From: Lingula anatina
Taxonomy: Eukaryota > Animalia > Brachiopoda
Assembly (NCBI GenBank): GCA_051362555.1
Contig: CM120642.1
Span: forward strand, 21,762,001 to 21,826,000
DNA: 64,000 bases
Direction of reading: 5' to 3'
Shown here one piece after another: positions 24,752 to 37,405 of this stretch. How positions within the stretch are numbered: position 1 is the first letter of the stretch; each line of letters starts with the position of its first letter. The notes below the pieces were generated by a model. The model worked only from the letters and a program-made list of their open reading frames with translations. It ran no database searches and was not told the origin of the DNA. Both the position numbers and the translations under genes were made by a program.

Positions 24752-26395
24752 TCATGCATGTTAGACCCGATCCCATCATCATTATTGGTTTAGATTCTTC
24801 CGGCTGTAATAAATTTGATTGTGGAAATTATCAACAAATTTTTCACTGTGGGTGTTTTTCCAAAAAAAGTTTAAATCTGCAATAATTCGCCCACTACTCA
24901 AAAAGGACAACCTTGACACAGATCTTTCGGTAAACTATCGTCCTGTTTCCAATTTGTCATTTTTATCTAAGGTAGTAGAAAGGGTTATAGCAGTTAGACT
25001 ATTTAAGCATTTAGAAGCAAACAATCTTGTTGAGGAAATGCAGTCAGCCTACAAATTCAATCATAGCACAGAATCTGCACTTTTGATAATTAAAAATGAT
25101 TAAGTGGTGTTGACAAACATTCTGCTATGTTATTGGTACTGTTAGATTTGTCTGCTGCGTTTGACACAGTAAACCATAATATTTTATTGACATTTCTAGA
25201 GCAGAGTGTAGGGGTTAGAGATAAGGCCTTAGATCTTTTACGATCCTATCTTGTTGGGAGAATGCATCAAGTTAATATAAATGGTGTGCTTTCTGAACTC
25301 TCACAGCTTTTATTTGGTGTTCCTCAGGGGAGCGTTCTTGGACCGCTAAAGTTTTGTATTTACACGTTACCCTTTGGAGCAATTCTGCGTTATCATAAGA
25401 TACCCTGTAGGTTACCACTTTTATGCCGATGATACCCAGTTGTACACATCTTGTAACATCCATGATCCAGCATTGTCTGTGAACACCATTGTTGATTGCA
25501 TATCAGACCTCAGATGTTGGCTCATTTCAAACAAATTGAAGATAAATGATGGAAAAACAATTTTTAGTAATTACTCAACCCCACAACAAGGGCCTTGCTC
25601 ATAACTTGCAACTTAAAATTGGAGCTAGTATGGCACTTTCCTCCCCCCATGTAAAAAAAAATTAGGTGTATACTTTGATTCTTCACTTTCAGTAGACAAA
25701 CAGATCTCTAACATCACAAGGTCTTGTTTATTCAACATTCGGAATATTGGCACCAAAAGGAAATATCTGAATCAATCATCTGCTGCTACTGTTATACACT
25801 CATTGGTAACTTCCAGGTTGGACTATTGCAATTCTGTATTATATGGATGTCCAGATGATAAGATCAAAAGATTATAACGCATCCAGAATATCTCAGCACG
25901 GCTTTTAATGCTACAGCCTAGGGATTGCCATATCACTCCAATTTTAAAGCAGCTGCACTGGTTACCAGTTAGGGCCAGAATTTTATTAAAGGTTTTAGTT
26001 TTTACACATGCTGCTTTTTATAACCTAGCTCCACCATATATTACTGATCTATATTACCGACCGGATGGCCTTGTGGTTAGAGTGTCCGCCTCCGGAGCGG
26101 GAGGACGTGGGTTCAAATCCCGTCCGGGGACATACCAGTCCTTTATAAACGGTACCTGCTGTCTCCCCGCTTGGCACTCAGCATAAAGGGGTTGAAGCAG
26201 GGGCCTGGTCAGGCAGGTTAGAAATGTTATATTAGCTATGAGCGCCTTATATGGCAGCCGAGCTGTATGCTCCCCAGGGAGGTGAGACCGCCTACGGAGT
26301 GCACCAGTGCAAAAATAACCAGGCTTCCTTGACTTAAATATTCATATATGTAATTGTATAACTTCAACCTTCAGGTTGCGATTTCTCCAATAAAG

Positions 26396-26426
<31 letters not shown>

Positions 26427-26848
26427 CTAGTAAAACATTATAGCCCTCAAAGATCCCTGAGGTCTGGTGACAAACTTTTACTGAAAGTTCCCAAATCAAA
26501 GTTAAAAACATATGGTGACATATCATTTTGTGTAGCTGCACCAGTAGAGTGGAATAAGTTGCCAATTTTTATTAGACGAATAGAATCACAAGAATGTTTT
26601 AAAAAGGAATTGAAAACTCACATTTTCAGACATTTTATTCATGAATTTTTAATTTACATTAAAGAAACCTTGGATTTTTTACTTTTATTACTGTTTATTA
26701 CAATTTAGTCTAGTTCTGATTTATATAATATATATCTTAACTATTTTTATTTATAAACTTCTTTGTATTTTATGTTGTACAGTCTATTGAACATTTTATG
26801 GATTTTAGATTCGAAATAAATATATTGTTATTATAATTATTATTATCA
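24752..26848 (+). mobile_element. 5'-truncated L2-clade (CR1 group) LINE, decayed reverse transcriptase
   Basis: [83 protein letters not shown] across frames; AT-rich 3' UTR ending in an (ATT)n-like tail. Confidence 0.93.
26052..26424 (+). mobile_element. tRNA-derived SINE inserted in the L2 element
   Basis: Pol III A box TGGCCTTGTGGTT and B box GGTTCAAATCCC; (ATT)n tail; TSD ATCTA. Removing it rejoins the L2 frame PYITDL|VKHYSP. Confidence 0.88.
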
Positions 26849-28229
26849 TTAATCTGTTACGTAATTTTTTGCTTTTTATGATTACCTAGCTGCAAAATTT
26901 TGCAAGAAATGAGACCATCTGGAGTATTTAAAGGCTGTCGTGATAGTACTGTTTGAAAGAGTTCAAACTAGTTGAGCTGGGAAACGCACACCTGTCTATT
27001 AATAGCTATCCCACCACCTAAAACACCGCCCATATATCTGCTACACTCGTTTCCAGTCGCTGCACGCGCCACTAACCATTGCGGTGTAACATGGGTAAGA
27101 CGTACCCGCCTGTACGGTAGTCTGTTCCTGGATGTACTAGCAATTCCATTATAAGTGTGAAAGATCTAGATGTCATTGCTGGCCATGAGATACAACATAC
27201 GGACTGTTACGACAAAGGAAAAAACGAGGGGACGTAGTTCGTTCCTCGGCAAAAAGACCCCAAGGCAGTGCTGGTAGGCTGCCTCTGCGGTCTTGGGGTT
27301 ATGTTTGTCTTGATTTGGAACGCATTGGTTTGTGGCTGGTCCATTATGTAGGCGGTGGTAAGAAGTAGGCTCGGCAAACACTTATATTAATGTTTCTGTT
27401 TATGGCCCATTATTTGTAATTAGAGAGCATTTCAAAGGTATTGTGTTTTGATCTGTCAATTTATTTGAAACGCTGTCATTTGATTGAAGATCTGAATAGA
27501 TAGTAATTTAACTGAAAATAACTGAATATGCTTTATATTATGTCGTTAGTTATGGGTGTAAGTGTTTAAGTGTTATTACCTATGGTACCGGATACCATAC
27601 TTTTATAGGCAATGTATATTAATTAAGACAATGTTATACATGTAGACATGTATCCAGTACGCGCAAGCTTTGTTCATATCGTGAGACGCTTAGTAAAAAG
27701 AATAAATAATTTTAGCAAGAAAAATGCATTTAACGACTCAAATTTTAAGAGACTAAAAAGAGATGTTTAGGGGCTGGGCCACATCCTTTTGTCAGAAATT
27801 TAAAGTCATATGTGCAATAAATTACGCAGTATTTATTTACAAGTTACATAGACACACGATGTGGCTCACAATGACATGAATTTTCAGTTTATTGAAACAA
27901 GACAAGTAGGGTCGAGGGAGGGGGTGGGGTGAAGAACTTAACTCAGGATAGAAAATCTCATTCCTTCTCCCGACATTTATAGCAATCAGCATATGTTCGT
28001 AAAAAAAGAGTCTATGTTATTTGAATAACATACACATAGTCACCGTATTCTCCACCATGCTTCAAGACGGCTGCGGCAGAATTTTCATAGTGTACAGTAT
28101 TTTATTAATATTCCCTTGAACCGTAGATATCAAATTGTTTTGCAATCACCAAAGTTCACCACGAAAGATTTATATAATCAATAGAAAAAGTATTAGGCAG
28201 GGGACCTTGCTCGTTGTAAAAGGCAAATT

Positions 28230-28565
28230 TGACCTGCCTGAAGGTCTGGGGCTCAGGATGACCTGCCTGAAGGACTGGGGGAGTGACCTGCCTGAAGCTC
28301 TGGGACTCAGGATGACCTGCCTGAAGGTCTGGGGGAGTGACCTGCCTGAAGGTCTGTGGCTCAGGATGTCCTGCCTGAAGGTCTGGGGGAGTGACCTGCC
28401 TGAAGGTCTGGGGCTCAGGATGACCTGCCTGAAGGTCTGTGGCTCAGGATGACCTGCCTGAAGGTCTGGGGGGAGTGACCTGCCCGAAGGACTGGGGGAG
28501 TGACCTGCCCGAAAGTCTGGGGGGAGTGACCTGCCTGAAGGTCTGGGGCTCTGGATGACCTGCCA
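28230..28565. repeat. GC-rich minisatellite, ~13 units of 25-29 bp (GACCTGCCTGAAGGTCTGGGG core)
   Basis: Alternating 29-bp (...gctcaggat) and 25-bp (...ggagt) units form a 54-bp dimer in the first two thirds. Confidence 0.92.
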
Positions 28566-29581
28566 GTGACCAATGTGACCGTTGCCTGTGAAGACTGTGA
28601 TATTTTCAACTTTCCAGATGTTCAAGAACTGACCCCTCGGCAGGCTCCGCGTGTAGATTGCAAAGTGTGTCGTCGCTAAATGACCGTGGTCACTTATCTG
28701 TTATCTGTCTGTTTTTTGTCTACATTTATGATAGGCGCGCCAAGCCATTAGACGCAGGTGGAGGGTGGTGGATAATAAAACATACATGTACGTGCACATG
28801 AACTATTATTTGAGCATAAACGACATCACAATATGAACTCCATAGCACAGATGATAGTCGAATGTGGTATTTGGTTTCCTTGAAAATAATGAAACTTTAA
28901 TTCTGGGAAATCAAATCGGCATCCTTTCCAATTTATCTAAGTTGCGAATGAATAATGTAAGACACCTTATAAACTCAAACCCCAATACACTGAACATTGA
29001 TGAAGTTAGAACGTAAGTAAAGTATATGTATTTAATAGCTGTTAACTGTCCATTCGGAAGTGACTGGTTACAAATATGCACAACGCAAAACAGATTTCCA
29101 GTAAGACAAGCAATAATAGATACATGTACGAATATTATACGATAACATCATATTATAAGATGATTATAAGATAATATTATAAGATGAAAACCATAAAATA
29201 ATATTATAAGATGAAAACCATTACAGTTGCTTTAAATGAACATCATGTTTCATGAGCAATGTAATTTCTTTGTTCTAACCGGTCTAATATTATTAAAAAT
29301 AACATTCAACCTTCGCTGACTGCAGCCGCGACAAAGACAAACGAATCTTCCAGCAATTGCGCAGCAAGGACCCATAACGGCTTAGCACAGTATACACATT
29401 TAGTTCCAGCCTTTAAAACATAGGCTATGTGCATTTTTTTCATTCTTTCCTCATCTCTTTAATTTGTCATATCGTCGATATTAATCCCTTTGAAACTACC
29501 ACTTAAAATTATGATAGGAAATATCCGATCGTTACTCGGGCAGAAAGCCAGTAGGCCTACATGTACTTAATTATTCTCCAG

Positions 29582-29849
29582 GGACGCTTCGATTTTCCTG
29601 AGGACTCGGCTCCCAGTCTCTCTGCATCCATTATCTTGCATCAGGCTGTGAACAGAGCAGAGGATTAGTTGGATCGATAATTTTGCAGGCGTTCGAGGCA
29701 AGATTGCCTGGAAACCGCTCTGGCGTTCATAGCAAACGTTTTGATCGAAGGGACAGCATGTAATGGCCAGTTAATGCGAGGAGTTTGAAGATGGCGTTTG
29801 TTATGTGACTTTAAGTTTTGAGTCCAGTGTGTAAAAGACAGGTTGTAAG
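29582..29849 (+). other. Candidate non-coding or 5' UTR exon
   Basis: GC-richer unique sequence between acceptor-like ttattctccAG and strong donor AAG|GTAAGA; contains AAGATGGCG (YY1-type motif). Confidence 0.2.
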
Positions 29850-32283
29850 GTAAGAGCGTGGTGTGGAGGCACCACTAGGTACATATAACATGTAGGTACT
29901 GCTCTGGAGCGTGAAAACGAATACGAATGTTGGTGTTGTTAAGCTGAGAATACCAGTTCATGTTGGAAGTGAAGTGTGAGGGTATGAAGGTTACACGTAG
30001 TGTAGGTTCGCTGTTGTATACCTGATACCTATGGTGTCGCGCAGTCTTTCCAGAAGTCTTAGTATTCAGGCTTTGGAATCTTTTCAGTTTAAAAGCAAGT
30101 TATTTTTATCTTAGATCATCATTTTCTCATTTTCAAAAAGAAGATTATACTATTTAAAAAAAAAGATTATTCTATTTGTGGCTTTACAAATTTTCACTCT
30201 ATGGTGGAGGCTGTGGGCAGGAGCATCTCTGCCCTCAGAGAAGGGACACCCAAATTATTGTGTATTGCAAGGCTGACACCACGATGGGTGACCCAGCCCC
30301 CTAGGACAGTCCCCTTACCAAACGTCTCCAGCTGTCAGATTATCTGAAAATAAATTTTCATTTATTATGTCGGTATTATCATTTCTTTTTCAGACTGGTT
30401 CTTGCAACACAATAAATGATATGACTAGTAAGGTATATAATGATGGGCTTGTGTGGGACATCTTTTCTTCCAAGTATGCCTGTCTCTGCAGTCTATTACT
30501 CTGCTGTTAGTAAATTTCAAATGAAACAATACTGCCCCAATTTCAGCGATATTTTTTTTAATTTCAGTGTTTATCATCAGAGTTTTGAAATATTTTCTCT
30601 TTCCTTCACTGTTGCACAACTTGTGTATTGGGCTGTGTCAAAGGTTGTACAATCTTAAATCTCTGCCTTGTGGAAGGAGGGACTCCTGGGTGTCCTTAGT
30701 TTTTTTTTTCACCCATTTCTTATTCTCTGATGGTTTTCTCTGAATTGTTTACCTGTTACTGATAACAGTTAGTGTGTAAAGTGTTGCCTGTTGAGTGACA
30801 GATTTGTGTTCAAAATGATTACAGTTGAAAATGAAATTGATATATGCATTTATTAGTTATTACGTTTTTCTGAATATTTGTTTCTCTTTGAATCTTCTTT
30901 TATAAAGTTATTTTCTTTTATGTATAAAGCAAGCATGACATTGATTTAGTTACATTTTTGAACGATTAAACTTATACTAGCCAATTTACATTGTACGGGT
31001 CTGACGTGTATTTATTCTTCTCCAAATTGTTCAGTGTGTTTAAACTTAGACATCTACAACTGTGGTCCCTAATTTACTGCAACATTATCTTTTCAAGTAA
31101 AATTATGTATTAGCTAGTATTTGTATCTGCATGTTTCATGAGTTCATTTAAAGGAGTACATAATGTATAGACATTTCTGTCAGGGTTCTGTCTTCAGTGC
31201 TGTTAACTTCTGGCACACTTTTTGTAATAAAACTTCCTGCCATGACAGTAACCAAGAGTTGGATTTGTTTTTGTTTCAGTAAAAGCACAGAATGACAAAG
31301 TTGTCATTTCTTTTTTAGTTGAGTGATGTAGAGATTTTAAATTAAAACCCCATGAAGGAAAATTTCTACTTTAAGGGACAGTTCGTAAAAATAGAAAGAT
31401 TATTTGAAAATCACACATGGATATAGTTATAAATGAAAAAAGTGGATGAAAGTCAAAGTTTTAAAACTATAATCAAAATCCATTTATGGTGTGCAGGCCA
31501 AATTATTTGTTTAGGCCCATATTCGAGGATGTGGATTTGAAAAAATTGCTCTTTTGCTGGAAAGGGTCCAAAACCTATCATGGTACCATTACTGTGACGT
31601 ATCCCAAGTTGGATCAACTGAAGGAGTAAAGAAAATCCACTTTTTCGGAAAACGACAACCCCCCTTCAGCATCCCACCCTTCAACATTGCTGGCTACTTA
31701 TAAATATTAAAATCACCTCTTAGCAAATTTTTCTCTTTTATTTAGAAAAGAAAGAAAGACAAACCCCATTTAATGACATATAATCAATATTTTATTGTAC
31801 CAGTAAAATAAAGATATTTTAAGAAAATGATATTCTGAAGTGTTCAAACTGGCTGCCGCAGAGCTAATAAAAGATGTTCACTGACGACCCTGAAAAATGA
31901 AAGATGGAAATATTAAAATAAAATTCAGTTAAAGTGTGTTAGCTGTAAAAAGATGTTGACAGTAACTCTACAACCACCAGTAGCTCCTGGCTGCTATCAT
32001 ATAATTACTGCTTTCATGTACAGTTTTACCAGCTGTTTGACTAAGTTTTCCTCCAAAAATCTTTAAGTTAACTTTGTTATGATGTCATTAAAGCAAGGAA
32101 ACAAGGAAAGAACTTTCTTGTGACTGTATAATGAATCTGTTCTTTTATAAATACTGTAATTTTTTCATTTCTAAATGTCTGAAATGATTAGATTTAATAA
32201 TGAATGGTAATAATTATAACCATTTATGTTCTTCGCCTGCATCTGAAGCAAGATGTGAAAAGATTTAACATCCTCTTCCACCT

Positions 32284-32391
32284 GCCCTGAGTGTCAGAGT
32301 CACTGTGAATCGGACTTCAACTGGTATTGCTGATATGGGTTATATATGAAATCAAGATCGAGCTGGCAATACCGGAATCTAGAACCTAGGG
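32284..32391. mobile_element. Tiny MITE-like element, copy 2
   Basis: gCCCTGAGTGTCAGA...TCTAGAACCTAGGGT form degenerate TIRs; flanks ACCT and ACTT; 66-bp core identical to 24199-24264. Confidence 0.55.
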
Positions 32392-32497
32392 TACTTCCAC
32401 CTTGATTAGCAGCAGTCCTTGGGAGCTGAAATATATGACACAGTATTACTTACTAATATGCAATAATAAATAACCTTCAATAAGCAGTCAGTGCATC

Positions 32498-32746
32498 TTA
32501 TTACCTCCGCCAAGGAGGTTATGTTTTCACCCTGTTTGTCGGTCTGTTTGTTTGTTTGTCATCGATCAACATAACTAAAAAAGTTATGGAACTATTTTGA
32601 TGAAATTTCAGGAACTGTCAGAAGTGGGCCAAGGAAGAGATGATTAGTTTTCGGTGGTGATCCGGATCAATAATCAATCAATAATCAATAATAATAATAA
32701 ATCGCTGCCATGGCGGAGGTCTGCGCTCTTGGAGTGCTTTTCTAGT
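32498..32746 (+). mobile_element. Short HINE (Helentron-associated element)
   Basis: ttattACCTCCGCCAAGGAGGTT head, (TTTG)n microsatellite, 3' subTIR TGGCGGAGGT, hairpin gcgctcttggagtgc, terminal CTAGTT. Confidence 0.85.
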
Positions 32747-33299
32747 TTCATGTATGAAACTGCATCAAAATATTTACCATTGTTTAGAGTTAACAAATTT
32801 GCCATCTCATATTCAAAGATATACATGCAATAAAAACAGATAACAGTGAATTAACTTAGTGATTGTGCAAGAGAGTCTGCTTATTGTGTAGGTAAATTTT
32901 TAAAGTGTGTTAAATGAATGCCCGTTTAATTGATTTATACCATCTTACCTCTTTAATGCTCTCAGCATCTGACACACTCTTTGTCTTTTATGTCGCCTGA
33001 AGAAAAAAATATGGAATAGAAACTATCTGTGTACAATTAGGATTTGGGCAAAAATACAGAATTGAAAACTCATTCAAAGACTTTTCATTAAAAAAATTAA
33101 TTATTTTCATGAAGACCAGATTAAGTATTTTAAGACCAGCTTAATTGCTTGAGCAACACTGTTCGTATGTACCTGTGCATGTTAGTGTGTGTGCATGCAT
33201 GTGCATGTTTAATATGTGTATAAAATCATAATTTAATCTTAATTGGCTCCATTCGACCAGATGCATGGGGAGGCATGTGAGAGGAGGAGATATTCAACC

Positions 33300-33682
33300 A
33301 GGACCAAAACTTTCACCCTAAAAATCAATAGCTTCAAGGGCCAGGGCTTGCACCCTGAGAGTCAACAGCTACAAGGACCAAAACTTGCATCCTGAAAATG
33401 AACAGCTACAGGGACCAAGACTTGCACCCTAAGAGTCAACAGCTACAAGGACCAAGATTTGCACGCTGAGAGTCAACAGCTACAATTAAGGATCAAGATT
33501 TGCACCCTGAGAGTCAACAGCTACAAGAACCAAGACTTGCGCCCTGGGAGTCAACAGCTACAAGGACCAAGACTTGCACGCTGAGAGTCAACAGCTACAA
33601 GGACCAAGACTTGCACCCTGAGAGTCAACAGCTACAAGAACCAAGACTTGCACCCTGAGAGTCAACAGCTACAAGGACCAAG
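33300..33682. repeat. 37-bp minisatellite, ~10 copies
   Basis: Unit GGACCAAGACTTGCACCCTGAGAGTCAACAGCTACAA head to tail with no spacers. Confidence 0.93.
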
Positions 33683-35416
33683 ATATATATATCTTCTTAA
33701 CCGACCAAGCTAGATAGTCACGAAACACGATAAAGTATATCAGTAGAAAGGCTCAACTTGACTTTTTTTTTTCAAATCGTGGGGATTTAATGGTGGGGAT
33801 CGAGTATTAAAATTCACAGATTTCGGGCATGAAAGAAAATTTTGTGGTTTCCAGGGGTCAGTTTGTAAGATCAAAATTCAGGCCAGGGCGCTGTTCTGAA
33901 TCTTACCCTTGAAGTGGTAAATTGATCCAGAATTATCGTTGCAAACTATAATTACTTTTATAACCAAGTACTTGCTGGCTATATCACTATATCACCCTTC
34001 TGAACTTAATCTAACATCTGGACACCAGACTTCATGTCTGCACAGGCACACATCAAAGGGTGAGCATTACATCACATTGTCCAATGGCAAGTCACTACTG
34101 GTCCACAAGGGTAAGTAACCACAACTTTTACTGTCTTACAATCAGACAGCTTTTGGCCACTCAGTAGGACAGCAGGGAAACAAGACTAGTAGGACTATAC
34201 AACAAAACTGCTTCAGAAAGCATTAGGAGCTTGGACACAAGACCCCCAAAACAAGGTAAGGCATTCCTTCACTTTTTTATTTCCCACCTCCCAACCCAAG
34301 CGGCATATCAAAAGCCCCACCTTTTATAATTATGTGCTACGTCATTCTAACTAATTTTACTTAATCTCATTCATCAGTTCCCAACCTACGTTCAATAGGG
34401 TGACTCCCGTTTTCACCCACGTCCACACACACAATAATAAAACTTAGCAAATAATTTTATTCCATAAGTCTTGGTTATAAAAACGGGTATGTTAGCCTTT
34501 AATTTTGCCCAAGGGATATGCATACTTATACCTAAGATCTAATATACTATCCGTTTATTAGATCTTAGGTTTAAATGCAGTCAAACAGGCAAATAGGCTT
34601 TAATTACGAATATATTGCGTGTGTATTAATAAACTTTGTTTATTTTAGATCCGCTGATTCGAAAATAATATAAACCATTTCTACTACTTGCAAAAAACGC
34701 CTACATTTTGGCAGTTTTATAGTGATCATACCTAAACCCTAAATCCTGAAAATTGAAAAAAAAATCTGAAAACAAAATGCGTAGCCTAGGCCTAAAAGAA
34801 TAAAGTAGCTAGACAATCCTTCATAGGGAGCTCTTTACATAAATTGCAGTATTAATAGATTTATAAAACGTATGCAGTAAAAATCCATTATACTGTGCCT
34901 ATATAAGGGACTAAGTTCCGATTTAAGCTCTGGATCACTATAGTTCTTGACAGTCCAGTGGACATTTAGGAAATTCACGGGAATAAACGCGTCCATATGA
35001 AAATAAGAGCTTATACTAACTTGAAACGGAATAAAGAACGCACGATCATGACAGTGAGTGAGTAGCCCCCCCCCCCCCCCCCCCGCCCCACATGCACACA
35101 ATCACCCACGAATATAACTGTCTTGAAAACAAGAAGCAGGGAACGCCATAAATATTGTAGTAGTATTAAGCATCCTAAAGGTAGTCACGCAGCAAAACTT
35201 TTGTGTTCTTTAAAAAATATGAGAATATATTCTAGCAAATATAATAGAATTTTAAATAATTGAAATGCATTTCTTTCTAACATTCAGTTTACGTACGCCT
35301 CTCAAAGTTTTAAACTTCAAATATTGGAGACCATAATAGAGTCAGTCAAGGACACGTTTGGGGAACACGTTTGAACTCGTCATGATGGACATTTACAGGT
35401 GTAGGACCAGTACAGA

Positions 35417-35907
35417 CCCAGCAGGCATAGTTGCGTTGGATCAACGTTGAAAACAGGTTGATACGTTGAATTGCCGTTGATCTACCTAAATTCAACGTCA
35501 AATCAATGTTGATCCAGCCACGTCGAAACACTGTCATAATGTGACGTTGACTCAACGTTGTATTTTGGTTAATGACACAACCTTGCAGTTATGGATTGTA
35601 ATTTAAAATATTAATTATTGAAAACGTGATACTTTGTTTATCAATACTGTAACTAAATTTATCAAAATAATAACAAAATGGTTTTAAATTAAAATTGACA
35701 GTTGTTTTGTGTCTTTAGTGAACTTGTTATTCAGAAATACATTCCAATAAACTGAATTGCTTGCAAGGTCAGCTAACACTAGGATGAATAAGTTGCTGTA
35801 AATGTGATGGGGTTAACATTTCTTGGTAACCTGTTATAGATAGACAGGTTGAGGTGACTGTGACTTTGTTATATATATATTTATATATGTATGGTTGTAG
35901 TTATCTT

Positions 35908-35977
<70 letters not shown>

Positions 35978-36235
35978 CTAAATCTTTGAAATTCTAACTT
36001 AAAGGCCATACATTTATACCCTACATATATTTAGCCATCAAACATGTCCTACTGCTAAACACATCCAGTCTAATGTCCCGCTGGGTGGGGTTGATATAAC
36101 ATTGTTTTCTGACGTTGATACAACGTTGTTATCTGAGGTTGACACAACTTTCAAATCCAACTTTTATTCAATGTCTACTCAACGTTATGGTTCAACGTTG
36201 TTTCAACATTAAAACAACATAATTTGCCTGCTGGG
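35417..36235. mobile_element. CCCAGC-ended (EnSpm/CACTA-like) MITE containing a (TA)n tract
   Basis: TIR CCCAGCAGGCA...TGCCTGCTGGG; caacgttg subterminal repeats; (TA)n at ~35909-35975; TSD not clear. Confidence 0.75.
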
Positions 36236-36462
36236 AGTCTTTGTTGTCACTGTTAACATTTGTGTTTATATGTATTTTGATTGATGGTATGATGGTATGC
36301 TATCATGGTATGTGCCTGTATCATTTATTCCGATCTCTGAGTAAGTCTGTTTGCATGGTCACTATATGTGTTTGTATATATTCTGATCACTGTGTTTGTC
36401 TGTGTTGTCACTCTTGTTTCTATTATTTCTTATTACTGTGCATGTTTGTGTTGTCACTTTAA

Positions 36463-36781
36463 AAGGATAATAACTGTTCATTGTGGCCAAAAAATGTATT
36501 TCCTGGGGTAAATGATAATTTTCTCATGCCAATGGTTAATGAATCCATTTCCATATTCAAAGTTACTCCCTGTTCTTTTTTTTTTCTTTTTTGTGATAAT
36601 CTATTATTACAGAGCATACCCATCTATGGAGGTCATGTGGTCTGATGACAAGCACAAATTACAGAATAATTATTATAACTGCTACATTTTTGTGGTAAAA
36701 TAAATTATCTTATATTTGTATGAGTGGTTTACAGTTTATTTATTGTGAAATATAGATCTCATAGAAAGTGTTGTTATCCCT
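36463..36781. mobile_element. Kolobok-like MITE inserted in the satellite
   Basis: TTAA flanks; TIR aaGGATAAtAAC...GTTgTTATCCct. Confidence 0.65.
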
Positions 36782-37405
36782 TTAAGCTTAGACATCTCTT
36801 TAGATTCTGCTTGCTATCCACATTCTGTGTTGTCAATGTATGCATCTGATTAATATTATTTTCTGACTACCTTGTATGTCTATGGTATCCCTGTATGTGT
36901 TTGCATAAATTCTGATCACTACATATGTCGACTGTATTGTCACTGTACGTCTTTGTATATATTCTGATCACTGCATAACTCTTTGTGACTCTATCTGTTT
37001 GTATTCTTTTGATTTCTGTACATGTTTGTGTTACCACTGTACATGTTTTTATTTATTATGATCACCGTATGTTTATGCAGTTACTGTATGTGTTTGTATA
37101 AGATATTCTGATCTCTGTGTAATATTATTTTGTTGTTATATGTATTTGTATTTATTCTGATCATTGTGTTTATCTGTGGTATCCCTCTGTTTATGTAAAT
37201 GTCTCTTCATTAACCCAAACGAAAGTATAAGTAAAGGAAAAACACATATATGGTCTTCGAAATTTGGCCAGTGGTGGCCAGTTTTATTGAAAGGTCATTC
37301 TTGTAAAAGAATAGTGTAAAGTAAATATATAGCATTAGATGATGTTGAGTTTTATAAAATTATGTAATATTAAAGCATGAATAATAAATATTAAAAAATA
37401 GTCCT

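Noticed and set aside
26057-26135. tRNA gene
   Set aside because: A and B boxes are present but continue into a SINE body with tail and TSD, and there is no clean acceptor stem.
28135-28625. Repeat-protein ORFs on both strands
   Set aside because: Open frames result from the 54-bp minisatellite dimer, and the frame breaks where unit order changes.
33300-33682. 37-bp repeats as a CRISPR array or coding repeat
   Set aside because: Head-to-tail with no spacers, and the unit length is not a multiple of 3.
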